Part shown: positions 41,300-51,100 of the stretch, piece by piece
How the letters are laid out: every line of letters begins with the position of its first letter
Position numbering within the stretch: position 1 is the stretch's first letter
IMG/VR virus record: IMGVR_UViG_3300046616_000314
Location: 372,001-436,000 of that record
Length of the DNA stretch: 64,000 nt
Reading direction: 5' to 3' (one strand)
The notes under the pieces: generated by a model
Database searches by the model: none
The model's input: the letters and a program-made list of their open reading frames with translations, nothing else
Told to the model about the DNA's origin: nothing
Program-made: the position numbers and the translations under genes

Positions 41300-43284
41300 G
41301 TATGAACCTTAATAAAACGCCGCCCGGTTTTAAGCCTAATGCTGGTGCATTAGGTCGGGTGGTTGACAACACAACCTATGTTGGTTTCGTAAAATATAAT
41401 CAAGATGTTCAGCGCATGGGGCGTCTTGGCGTCTACATTCCTGAATTGGGTGGTGATCCTCGTGACCCCGAAAGCTGGTTCACGGTGTCGTATGCTTCGC
41501 CCTTTGCGGGCGCGACTTCTGCGCACAAAACGGTCAAAGATTCGAAGACCATGGACGGTTCACAAACCTCCTATGGTATGTGGATGGTTCCGCCCGATCT
41601 TGAAAACGAAGTGCTCGTTACGTTCGTAAATGGCAACACGGCGCGTGGTTTCTGGTTTGCCTGTGTTTGGCAGCAGAACATGAACCACATGGTTCCAGGC
41701 TTGGCTTCGAATATTACGACTGAGCCACCGGATAAGCAAACCCAGTGTGGCTCTCTGCCTCCGGTCACGGAATATAATAAAAATAGCACGGTCAATGCTG
41801 ACGAACCACAACGCCCGGTGTTCGCACCCCTGGCGACGGGACTATCTAAACAAGGATTGTTTAGTGATCTTGAACGCGGGGTGTCTTCCACTTCGGCACG
41901 TCGTGAGGCTCCGTCTCACGTGTTCGGTTTCCTGACCCCTCGCGGCAACAGCATCCACGTCGATGACAATCCGGTCAACGAATTCATCCGTATGCGTACA
42001 CGTTCGGGCGCGCAAGTGCTTGTCCATGAGACGACAGGTTATGTGTATATCAATTCTAAGGACGGTAATTCGTGGATCGAAGTTTCTGACGTTGGTATCG
42101 ATATCTATAGCGCGGGTGCAGTCAGTGTTCGCACCGAAGGTACCTTGAACCTTCACGCCGATAAAGATGTAAATCTTGAAGCCGATGGTAATTTGAATTT
42201 GCGTGCGGGTAAGAATATTACCATGCAAGCCCCTGGCACGATGAACGTTCTCACCAACGGTGGTCTGATCTTGGAGACCGGTGGTAAGGCAAGCATCAAT
42301 GCAGGTAGCGATGTCTTGTTCGCTTCGGGTGGTGCATTGCGTCTTGGCGCCGCTGGCGACATTTCTCAAGCCTCTGGGGGCATGAATGTGCGGTCGGCAT
42401 CAGTGATCCACGACAACACGTCTACGGCGGCTCCTGCCCCCTCTCCTGCGGCTCCTACGCTACCTACGGCGACTACGGTTGCCTCAACAACAGGAAGCCC
42501 GCCTTGCTACGCTGAAGCGTCTCGTCAATCGATCACCAATCGTTTCCCGTCTCACGAACCTTGGGGCGGACACCCTAAGCGCGGTATTGCCATTCCTGAA
42601 ACGCATGATGCGATTGCAGCATCACCGGAAGAAGTGGGCACGCCTAATCAAGTCACGGGTTCTGGTAAGGTTCTACCCGAGGCTATTCCGGCTGACACGT
42701 CTCCGAAGACGACAGCTTGTAACGCTAAGATCAGCCAGACCGTGTTGACGGCTATCCGTGCAGCGGCAGGGAAGACCGGTATGGACTTTGGAATCCTCAT
42801 GGCTGTCTGTCACCAAGAAAGCTCGTTCAACCCCTCTGCGGGGGCTTCTACGTCCAGCGCGAAGGGTCTCTACCAGTTCACGTCGGGAACATGGGCGAGC
42901 GTGTGGAAACAGTACGGCGCGGCAAATCAAGTCGGACAGTCCGATTGGTTCGATGCACGCTCAAATGCGCTGCTAGGCGCCTACTTCTCGCGGGACAATG
43001 GGAATTTGTTACGTAAGCAAGGCATCGACCCGGTTTCAGCAGCCGACTACTATATGGTTCACTTCTTGGGCGTTGGTGGTGGTCCTAAGTTCCTAAAGGC
43101 TGTGAAGAGTGATCCTAATACGCTATGCTCTACTGTTGTTTCGGCAGCGGGCATTAATGCAAACCGATCTATCTTTATCAAGAACGGTCAGATGCAAACA
43201 GTTGGACAGGTTTATAACTACTTCCGCAACAAACTTGATCCTCTGGCTAAGTGCTATGAGAAATATAAGACACCGGCTGCTTAG
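41296..43284 (+). CDS. gp5: Baseplate spike/tail lysin (gp5-like): OB-fold, beta-helix and C-terminal lytic transglycosylase
   Basis: MGRLGVYIP...GMWMVPPDLENEVLVTF (OB-fold); MAVCHQESSFNP...AKGLYQF...YMVHFLG (SLT). Confidence 0.85.
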   Translation: MSMNLNKTPPGFKPNAGALGRVVDNTTYVGFVKYNQDVQRMGRLGVYIPELGGDPRDPESWFTVSYASPFAGATSAHKTVKDSKTMDGSQTSYGMWMVPPDLENEVLVTFVNGNTARGFWFACVWQQNMNHMVPGLASNITTEPPDKQTQCGSLPPVTEYNKNSTVNADEPQRPVFAPLATGLSKQGLFSDLERGVSSTSARREAPSHVFGFLTPRGNSIHVDDNPVNEFIRMRTRSGAQVLVHETTGYVYINSKDGNSWIEVSDVGIDIYSAGAVSVRTEGTLNLHADKDVNLEADGNLNLRAGKNITMQAPGTMNVLTNGGLILETGGKASINAGSDVLFASGGALRLGAAGDISQASGGMNVRSASVIHDNTSTAAPAPSPAAPTLPTATTVASTTGSPPCYAEASRQSITNRFPSHEPWGGHPKRGIAIPETHDAIAASPEEVGTPNQVTGSGKVLPEAIPADTSPKTTACNAKISQTVLTAIRAAAGKTGMDFGILMAVCHQESSFNPSAGASTSSAKGLYQFTSGTWASVWKQYGAANQVGQSDWFDARSNALLGAYFSRDNGNLLRKQGIDPVSAADYYMVHFLGVGGGPKFLKAVKSDPNTLCSTVVSAAGINANRSIFIKNGQMQTVGQVYNYFRNKLDPLAKCYEKYKTPAA

Positions 43285-43287
43285 TCG

Positions 43288-43316
43288 TTGACATGATTGG
43301 GGTTCTTTCGTAGCCT
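43288..43316 (+). promoter_or_regulatory. Possible early promoter TTGACA-N17-TAGCCT
   Basis: Perfect -35, weak -10. Confidence 0.4.
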
Positions 43317-43342
43317 GATGGTCTTACGAAAGGACTTCCGAC

Positions 43343-43534
43343 ATGACTGATCGCGCCGGTTACGTGATTTTCTACAATGAGGATGAATCAACGGTTGTCG
43401 CCATTCTGAAGGTCGCCAGCTTCGATATTGCTTCGAAATTGGTAGATAAAATCCCGGCGGATGCTTGTGACCAAGAGGGTTACGACATTTTTGCTTCTAT
43501 TCATGCCGTGGATAATCTTTTGATCAATCCATAA
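43343..43534 (+). CDS. Hypothetical protein
   Basis: AAGGA ribosome-binding site. Confidence 0.7.
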   Translation: MTDRAGYVIFYNEDESTVVAILKVASFDIASKLVDKIPADACDQEGYDIFASIHAVDNLLINP

Positions 43535-43542
43535 GTTTGTTC

Positions 43543-43570
43543 TTGACACTGTTGGTGAGTATGCTATCTT
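43543..43570 (+). promoter_or_regulatory. Early promoter TTGACA-N16-TATCTT with extended -10
   Basis: TATGCTATCTT is shared with the 60896 promoter. Confidence 0.72.
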
Positions 43571-43599
43571 GTATTCATCAACAGCGCGGAGATTTCTTT

Positions 43600-43932
43600 A
43601 TGACTACCCTGACTCAAAAGGAAATGGTTCAAGAACTCGCGCTGCAATTCACGTCGAATTTCCTCGGCAAGTATACGGTCGAGCAAGCCATCAGCATGAT
43701 GCTCCCGTACTGCTTCGCCTACGGTCGCGATAATCCGAGCCTCGTTCAATTCTACAGCAACGACGAAACCGATGTCGAGGCGTCGGCTCGCCTGCGCTTC
43801 TGCGACTTCCTCACCAACAAGATCACCATCATGCAGTTCGTGGAAGACGTGTTCCGTCATGCCGCGACGCAAGTCGCCTATGAGAAGGTTGCCGAAAACG
43901 CCGCTCGCGAAGCCGCCAAGGCGAGCGTGTAA
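43600..43932 (+). CDS. Hypothetical early protein
   Basis: GGAG ribosome-binding site; start refined. Confidence 0.75.
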   Translation: MTTLTQKEMVQELALQFTSNFLGKYTVEQAISMMLPYCFAYGRDNPSLVQFYSNDETDVEASARLRFCDFLTNKITIMQFVEDVFRHAATQVAYEKVAENAAREAAKASV

Positions 43933-43933
43933 G

Positions 43934-44164
43934 ATGGGCAAGCAACAAAAGATTCGCCATCGGATCGATGCTGTTCCGCAAGTCGGTCAACGCATTCAGT
44001 TCGGTCAGACACAAGATGGTCCCTGGCGCCAAGGTTTGGTGATCGAGCCCAGCCTTCGCGATGACTATTTCGCTGGCGTGGGTGATGACGTTCGCATCAA
44101 GCCCGATGACGGCGATCTGCTTCTGATCCCGAGCAAGACATATTTGTATTGGTCTTATATCTGA
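43934..44164 (+). CDS. Small SH3-like hypothetical protein
   Basis: PQVGQRIQF...WRQGLVI...VRIKPDDG. Confidence 0.65.
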   Translation: MGKQQKIRHRIDAVPQVGQRIQFGQTQDGPWRQGLVIEPSLRDDYFAGVGDDVRIKPDDGDLLLIPSKTYLYWSYI

Positions 44165-44428
44165 ATGAAAACGCCGTTTAAACTTCGCGTTCTGTCGCGA
44201 TGCTGTTATGCCCTGGCGAGCTTGACCGAATGGTTGGCTCGCCAGAATGATATCCCGACATACCATGCCGATTCTGATTTCGGCAACATGGTGATGCTCT
44301 CCAAGAGCGAACCCGTTGAACGAGAATGCACGGGTTTCCTGAACGGAACGGGTGTCTATGCCCTGAAGCAAAAGGGTGGTTTCTGGTTCCGGCGAGAATT
44401 CGGTAAGTGGATCGTAGTCGGTCGTTAG
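44165..44428 (+). CDS. Hypothetical protein
   Basis: 87 aa, coupled to the previous gene. Confidence 0.65.
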   Translation: MKTPFKLRVLSRCCYALASLTEWLARQNDIPTYHADSDFGNMVMLSKSEPVERECTGFLNGTGVYALKQKGGFWFRREFGKWIVVGR

Positions 44429-45609
44429 GTCTTCATAATATAAGCAAGAACCACGTGAGCCGGTAGAACGGATACCGAGCCTGTGTGGGTGTGCGAGCCC
44501 GCCGCATCCGTCGCGCCGCCCGAGTGGGTGTGCGTAGCAGTAGGCATTGGGTGATCGTGGGGTTGACCACCACCTTCATTTTCGGTGAAATAAAGCTTCG
44601 TTGCTTTAATACCGTTGCTTCCCGAATAACCGAAGCCCGAACCAACCCACGGCACGCCCGCGCCGTCTGGCGATGTTGCATGTCGGTGACTTGGGATTTG
44701 TGCTGTCGTCAAGGTCGTAGGACCCGTGACACCGCCGGGCGGGAATGCAGCAGCGGCAGGAACGTTGAACCCGTGGGCGTGGCTTCCGTCCGCACTTGTA
44801 GTGAATGACGATGTAGCCGAGCCGCCGGTTGCTCCGGTTGACGATGCACCACCGTAGACAAAGCGATTGACAAGGTTCGGTGTGCCGTTGTTTCCGTCAC
44901 ATAGAACCCAACCAGCAGGGATCGAGCCAGCGGACGGCGCCCACATGGTGACGATGCCGCGAGGAACTAAGTCGTTGCCTTGTTCCTGAATTTTTGCGCC
45001 TGTACCAGATACGTTGAGCTTTTTATTGTTGCCCGAGATCGTCAGCGAACCGATCTTGGTTTGATCGGTGTTGTCCAGGGTGACAACGTTGTTTGCTACG
45101 GCATAGCGGGGATCAAGTGTGTTGTTTGCGACTGCGTTAGTTACAGCCGTAATACGACCATCGGTTCCGACTGTGATCGTTCCAGGGGTGTAGGTTCCAG
45201 CCGCCAGACCGGGTTGTGTCTTTATATGGAGATCAAGGACGCCTGTGTTGGCGTTATATGTTCCGGTGACATCACCAGCCGGTGTAATAACAACGGCAGG
45301 CGGGTCTTCACTAACGTTGCTCCAAGTGTTGGAAGCTCTGAAAAATTTAATGCGATCAACGTTTGGATCGTACCAAGTCTGACCCACTAGAGGATTTGCG
45401 GGAGCCGTTGCCGAATTGAAATTTTCAGCAAGGCGAACAAAATTTTCCGCGTTATCTTGCGCGTAATCACGCGCGCCGACACGTTGTAGATTCAGACCAG
45501 CAGTTTCATAAGAAACACTATTGGCGAATAGAACACTACTGACGGTGATGGCAGGATTGTAGTTGCCACCATCAATTTTAGTAATTGAATATTCGTATTC
45601 GTCAGCCAT
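44425..45609 (-). CDS. Tail fibre with a tail-collar domain
   Basis: AENFVRLAENF...PLVGQTWYD N-terminus; PRGIVTMW...IPAGWVLCDG...TPNL collar; HxH tip motifs. Confidence 0.85.
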   Translation of the reverse strand: MADEYEYSITKIDGGNYNPAITVSSVLFANSVSYETAGLNLQRVGARDYAQDNAENFVRLAENFNSATAPANPLVGQTWYDPNVDRIKFFRASNTWSNVSEDPPAVVITPAGDVTGTYNANTGVLDLHIKTQPGLAAGTYTPGTITVGTDGRITAVTNAVANNTLDPRYAVANNVVTLDNTDQTKIGSLTISGNNKKLNVSGTGAKIQEQGNDLVPRGIVTMWAPSAGSIPAGWVLCDGNNGTPNLVNRFVYGGASSTGATGGSATSSFTTSADGSHAHGFNVPAAAAFPPGGVTGPTTLTTAQIPSHRHATSPDGAGVPWVGSGFGYSGSNGIKATKLYFTENEGGGQPHDHPMPTATHTHSGGATDAAGSHTHTGSVSVLPAHVVLAYIMKT

Positions 45610-45638
45610 AATACACGCCCTATCAGTAGGTTATCGTA

Positions 45639-45644
45639 TATTTA
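45639..45644 (-). promoter_or_regulatory. Late promoter TAAATA
   Basis: Upstream of 45609. Confidence 0.55.
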
Positions 45645-46544
45645 GGCTAATGGACCCCGTACATCACCGTATACTGCCCAGCTAATGTTGCCAGAGAGTT
45701 GAGCCGCATATCCAGCCGCGCCGGGGTGAGGCAATTCAGGATCGTTAGGATTGTAAGGTCCGCGTGCATCAGCACCGGGACCGCCCGGTTGTCCAAGATT
45801 TCCGCCGTAGCCACCGTTGTTAGGAGGTTTAGGACCACCGGTCGTTAATGTGCCGTTAGCCGAAGCCGCTGCGGCGCCAGTTTGAACCGGTTGACCCTTG
45901 CCAGGATCAAACCCGGCGCCACCAGCCCCGGCATCAGTAGACGGTTGGAAGATAGCGCGCATACCCATTGCACCGCCGCCACCGCCGCCGCCAACAACAC
46001 CATAATTGATAACGGTCATCGGATAACCTGCCCAAATCGCAGTCCCGCCGCGCTCACCGCTAAAGTCGCCGCCGCGACCGTCATCAAAATTGATCTGGTT
46101 TCCACCGGCTCCACCCTTACCAACGAGATACGAGCCCGCCGGGATGGTGAGAGTGATAGTTGATCCAGGCGAAATGTTACCGGTAGTGAAAGCAGGAACA
46201 CCCGTTGATGTTGAACCCAGGACATTTGCCCCGTAAGTCATGGAACCAGAATATCCAGGGACACTACCCGGTCCAGGCTTTTGTGGTGTAGCAATAACCG
46301 TGATGTTCGCGATCATCGGTGTAGAACCATCCCAGCCAGCAGCCCGAGCCGCATTCTCTAGATTATAGTTGTAGCCAACGGCAGTATCGGTGAATTCGAA
46401 ACCTAGTCCGAAGACCTTCCGCCACGTGCCTTGTTCATTGACCCATTTTTCGCGCATAGAAACCCACGAACCATTTACTTTTACATAAATGTTTTGGGCT
46501 TTGCGCCATGCACCAGCAGCATATAAATGGGTTTCAATAGGCAT
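45642..46544 (-). CDS. Gly-rich distal tail-fibre protein
   Basis: YVKVNGSWV N-terminus; GKGGAGG and GGGGGGGA segments; start refined. Confidence 0.8.
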   Translation of the reverse strand: MPIETHLYAAGAWRKAQNIYVKVNGSWVSMREKWVNEQGTWRKVFGLGFEFTDTAVGYNYNLENAARAAGWDGSTPMIANITVIATPQKPGPGSVPGYSGSMTYGANVLGSTSTGVPAFTTGNISPGSTITLTIPAGSYLVGKGGAGGNQINFDDGRGGDFSGERGGTAIWAGYPMTVINYGVVGGGGGGGAMGMRAIFQPSTDAGAGGAGFDPGKGQPVQTGAAAASANGTLTTGGPKPPNNGGYGGNLGQPGGPGADARGPYNPNDPELPHPGAAGYAAQLSGNISWAVYGDVRGPLA

Positions 46545-47416
46545 TAGTAGCGATACCAAACGTCTCCATCAACGCCGCCCGATGGGGCATTGGGAGAAAC
46601 CGTCACGTTATAAATTGAAGAAATTCCGCCTTGGAAGACACGAGTAGTTTTCGCATCAACGTCTTGTTTACGCGCAGCCGATGACGGTTGGTTCGGAGCT
46701 TGAAGCAGCAATTGACCGCCCATTGTGTCGCCAGACTTAGCAACATAGCCAGCCAAAACAGCCGGATTGACTGGAACATAACCCAAGGCATTGTTGATGC
46801 CAGCGGCGTTATTAATGAAACCTAGCGGGTTTGCGGTACCATTGTACGGAGTGTAGCCTAGAAGATCGGTGATATCTTGTGCGACAACAACCACGTTCGC
46901 GATAAGAGGTCCGCGACCGCCTTGGAACGTAATCGAGTAAACGGGCGTCGTGATGTCGTTACCTGTTAGACCGCTACCAGCAGCCGTAATACGACCATCG
47001 GCGCCAACGGTAATGTTTGCTGATTGGTAGACACCAGCGATGACACCGGTGTTCGACAAGGTAACGGGAATAGCGACATCCGCCGTACCATCGAACGAAA
47101 CGGAGCCACTTGCCGCGCCTGACAAAGAAATAGTGCGAGGAGTTGACAGTCTGGAAACCGAAAGACCGGTCCATGCACCATTGGCATACGTCTTGAAGAG
47201 ACCGGTGGATGTATCGAGCCAGAGTTGACCCGTGCGACCGTTAGCGGGCTGATCGGGACCGGCACTGTTTTGTAGAAGCTTTACGAAGTTATTCGAGTAG
47301 GGTTCACCCCAATCGGTAACGTCCTTGCCCGGCAGAACGAGCGACGTGCTTGTTGAATCCACCGCATAGCGTTGAATATCGAAATCACCATCAATGGATT
47401 TTACCAAATAACTCAT
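46544..47416 (-). CDS. Proximal tail-fibre protein
   Basis: WGEPYSNNFVKLLQN...GQLWLD; LSTPRTISLSG; LGYTP; ends PSGGVDGDVWYRY. Confidence 0.82.
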   Translation of the reverse strand: MSYLVKSIDGDFDIQRYAVDSTSTSLVLPGKDVTDWGEPYSNNFVKLLQNSAGPDQPANGRTGQLWLDTSTGLFKTYANGAWTGLSVSRLSTPRTISLSGAASGSVSFDGTADVAIPVTLSNTGVIAGVYQSANITVGADGRITAAGSGLTGNDITTPVYSITFQGGRGPLIANVVVVAQDITDLLGYTPYNGTANPLGFINNAAGINNALGYVPVNPAVLAGYVAKSGDTMGGQLLLQAPNQPSSAARKQDVDAKTTRVFQGGISSIYNVTVSPNAPSGGVDGDVWYRY

Positions 47417-47430
47417 AAAATATTTTACCT

Positions 47431-48018
47431 TTAGCTCATAAAGATACGAATGGTGTAGACCACTTCGATAGTTCTATTTAAGGCTTTTTGAACAGGGTGA
47501 AAAATGACGTGGGTCAGAAGACGACCTTGACCAACGATAGGATCGTAAGCCTTCAAGCCCAGTTCATCGAACACGAATGCACTTTCGGTATCAGCCGCGT
47601 TATCGAACACGTCTTGACCCGAAGGTTCGCCAGCAGCCAACAGACAGGTCACAACGATATCCGAATAGGTGTCGTTTTGAGTGTGCTGGATACGCATGTA
47701 ATTTGCCGAAGAATCGGCATTCAACGGCGACAGATCATCAACCACCTTGCGATAGGTTTGGTTGTAGAGTTGGGCGGTCTTACCCGTCACGTTTGGCGGG
47801 AAGTACGTTACCGCACCAGTACCCGAGACTGTCGAGGCGCCGTTGCCAAACACCATTTCATGAATGTGACCAGTAGGACGGTTCGCCAGACTGAGAGCCA
47901 GGGCTTCGCTCATGTTTTCGAAGTGGATAGCATTCTTCTTATCAACGAGAATTTCACCAGTAATGGCGTCTCGGATAAGCACAAAGCCTTCAACAGTGGG
48001 GAACATCTTATCGCTCAT
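47431..48018 (-). CDS. Virion structural (baseplate/fibre-attachment) protein
   Basis: NAIHFENMS...FDELGL...LLTHVIFHPVQKALNR. Confidence 0.75.
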   Translation of the reverse strand: MSDKMFPTVEGFVLIRDAITGEILVDKKNAIHFENMSEALALSLANRPTGHIHEMVFGNGASTVSGTGAVTYFPPNVTGKTAQLYNQTYRKVVDDLSPLNADSSANYMRIQHTQNDTYSDIVVTCLLAAGEPSGQDVFDNAADTESAFVFDELGLKAYDPIVGQGRLLTHVIFHPVQKALNRTIEVVYTIRIFMS

Positions 48019-48142
48019 CATCATCCTTCTTATTATGGTCGCGCTTAGTCAAAAGAACTTCTCCCGAATCAATATCTTTGATCACTAGGAATTCGACCAT
48101 TCGAGTATTGGTCTTATCGTCTACGTCTTTTTCTTCGCTCAT
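48008..48142 (-). CDS. 44-aa mini-paralog of the next gene's N-terminus (MSEEKDVDDKTNTRMVEFLVIKDIDSGEVLLTKRDHNKKDDDER)
   Basis: Translated by hand; VEFLVIKDIDSGEVLLTKR versus VEGFVLIRDAITGEILVDKK. Confidence 0.7.
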   Translation of the reverse strand: MSEEKDVDDKTNTRMVEFLVIKDIDSGEVLLTKRDHNKKDDDER

Positions 48143-48153
48143 AATGCTTTCAA

Positions 48154-48159
48154 TATTTA
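48154..48159 (-). promoter_or_regulatory. Late promoter TAAATA
   Basis: Upstream of 48142. Confidence 0.55.
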
Positions 48160-48167
48160 TGTGTAAA

Positions 48168-51100
48168 TTAAATCAGTCTTTGGTCAGGATTGTAACCAAG
48201 TTTATTTTTACCATCATACACTAACGAACCCGAGGAATGCACTATTCCTGATTGTTGTAGAATATAGATGGTGCTTCCCGCAGCAGGAGCTTTAGTAAAG
48301 GTGATTGTTACACCGCTACCACTACTTGCCACGGTGTAATCAATACCAAATGTCTTGGGAACGTTGATTGGATAACCGGTGTAGTCATCAGTAATGATTT
48401 GAATACCATTCGAATTGTACGGCACTTCATTTACGGTAATCTGAATTCCGGCTGACGAAGTAAACTCAGGAAGAGTAAAGACCTTAGATGTACCGTCTCC
48501 CGAGCGTGTAGCTTTCGTAAGTTGCTCTGATCCAATGCGGGTATTATGAGTACCGCGCTTCAACTCAGTCAAAACGATTGCGTTGCTTGTTTCTTCCATC
48601 TTGAAGAATTCAATGCGTTCACCATTGATCCAAATAACTCCTGGCTCCGATACATACTCACGAATACTTACTGCATTGGTAATTGTATTAGAAATGTACT
48701 GTTCAGCCATCAACGTAACATTGCTGATTACGCTTGTATTAGACAGATGAATTTCTGTGTCCGTTGAGGTAACGCTATTAGCCAGAACGCCATCTGCGTT
48801 CTTGTTCCACTGAACAAATTCCCAGGCTTCACGGCGGAATACGTAGATCGGCTTCGTTTCACCAGCGTAGGCATTGGGAACGGCGCCAGGATTAGGGACA
48901 TCGTTTCCGACGTAAACGGATGAGTTACCCACGACTTCACTACCGCCGATTGGACCGTAATCCAGGCTTAGAACTTCAAGTGGGCGAGCATCGTAGTCAC
49001 CCGTTTCGAAGGGCGTAATCAGATCACGGCTAGGCATATTCATCGAAACGTGCCAAGTCTTAGCTCCGAATGCGGGCGAAGCTTGGAACGATGTCACCAT
49101 AACTTTGTCAGCCGACGTGCCAATAGCTAGACCATTGACCGGGATATATTCGCCATTCATGGTGATCCAAGTATAGTTGGAACCATATGGTGAGTGGATA
49201 TCGTACTGACCTTCGGGATTGGCATCGAAATACGTATTCAAGATATTCAGACGATCAGCATTTGTGAACGTCATGACTTGAACCAAGCCAGTGATGGGAG
49301 CCGTAATCGTCAAGGTTCCAGCGGACACCGTATAATCAGTGTTCGGAATGAGACGCTTGCCGTTCATATCAACGAATGTACAGTTGGTTTCGTCAGTTGC
49401 CGGTGTTGTCGGATTGGTGAGAGCAACAGGACCGCTATAGGTCAACTCTTGAAGATAGACTTGCGTATCTTGTGGAGCACCAGGGTACGGTAATTGCTGA
49501 ATAGTAACAGTGACGGGATAACCATCGGGCTTACCAAACAATTGTGTAATCGTTAGCTGATCAGTGCCATCAAAAACGGCATCGTCATAGCTTTGACCAT
49601 CAATGTATACGACGATCAATTCCTGAGAGGTCGGAACCACTTCTAGAGTGACACTGATATCGCCCGCTTCTTTGTGATATTCCTTTACACTCGTAATCTT
49701 GGTGTAGCTGGACATACCGAACGTACGAATTTCTACATGCTCTGCACCAGAGACGGCATCAACGTTGACAATCGAATTGACCCAATCAACGGTGTAAGAC
49801 GCGGCAGGAACACGTAGACCATCCACGAATACATGAACGCCGTCATGCGCTTGGCATTCCTTGATGTTGATTGCGTAAGACGAGCCAACCGCATTCGAAA
49901 CATCCGATTGGAAAGAACGTTGTGCCGGGACGCCCGAGGACCATGCTGCATCAATCGTCATGGCAAGTTGTTCACCCGAGCCGACAACCATCAATTCTTG
50001 TGGACGATTGGCGCCATAAACAGCGTCGGCATAGCTAAGTGCGTTGCCGTTTGAATTCAGATATTCTTCATCCTGAACCGAAGCGGTGGCATTGCCCGTG
50101 GCGTTGCCATCCACGTCATAGTCGCGCCAGGAATTGTCCAGCAATTCACCACCATCTAGAACGTTGGCTTTGAATTCCAAACCCATCAGGCGGCGCAGAT
50201 TCTTTTCTGCGTTTGCGCCTTGAGGATCATAGAATTGGCGAATGCGATCTGCTTCAGCCCCTTCGGTGAGGTCATTACGAAGCGTTACGAAAACATCGGT
50301 GTCGCCATACAGCGGGCGCGTGACTGTCAGCTTATCATCTGCGACTTCGAAATCAGCCGTAACCAGAGACGTACCGTTTGCCTTGACATCAATTAGATAT
50401 CCAGCGGGATCGGTATCCAGGGTGAACACTTGAGGAAGTGACGTTTGGAAATTGACCGAAGTCGTCTCGATAATGTGTTGCGGATTCAAGCTGTCGCGAA
50501 TGACGACATGGATCAAGGCATCATGGTTAGGTGGTGTGACATAGACGTGTTGACCACCAGCCGTTTGCGAAACGGTAGTAACGGTTGGTTCTTTGATTTC
50601 GAATTGCGCATCAGACACCGGACCAGTGGCGCCAGGGGTAGAATTGAAATAGATGTCATTGATATTATTGGGGTAGCTTGGACCAAAATACGTACGATTG
50701 ACACGGATGCGCCCGCGCGCATGAACGTAAGGGCTTGCCGGTGTCCAAATTGCGGAAAGCGTATACCATTTATTCAATTCCCAGTTTGTAGTATTGAATA
50801 AGTCGGCTGATTCATAGCCTTCTCCATACTTCAAGCCATAACCATCAACAACGCCGTTAGCATCTTCCGCGTCGAACGACGGACGAACATACGCCGGGAT
50901 AACAATAGGGGGAGTGGTGAGCCCGGCGTTAGCATACGCAGCGGGATAATCAGTCGTTAAAGAGGTCGCGTTTGCAATCTTACGCAGCGTAAAATCAATT
51001 CGGTACGTTTGACCGATTACCGGAGTAAACTCTTCTTGATTGGTTACGTGGAATGATTCGTGTGGCTTAGAACGGAAAACCTTAACGGGTTGTCCTTGAT

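Noticed and set aside
45960-46000. GCC/ACC triplet run as a tandem repeat or contingency locus
   Set aside because: It simply encodes the poly-Gly stretch of a Gly-rich fibre.
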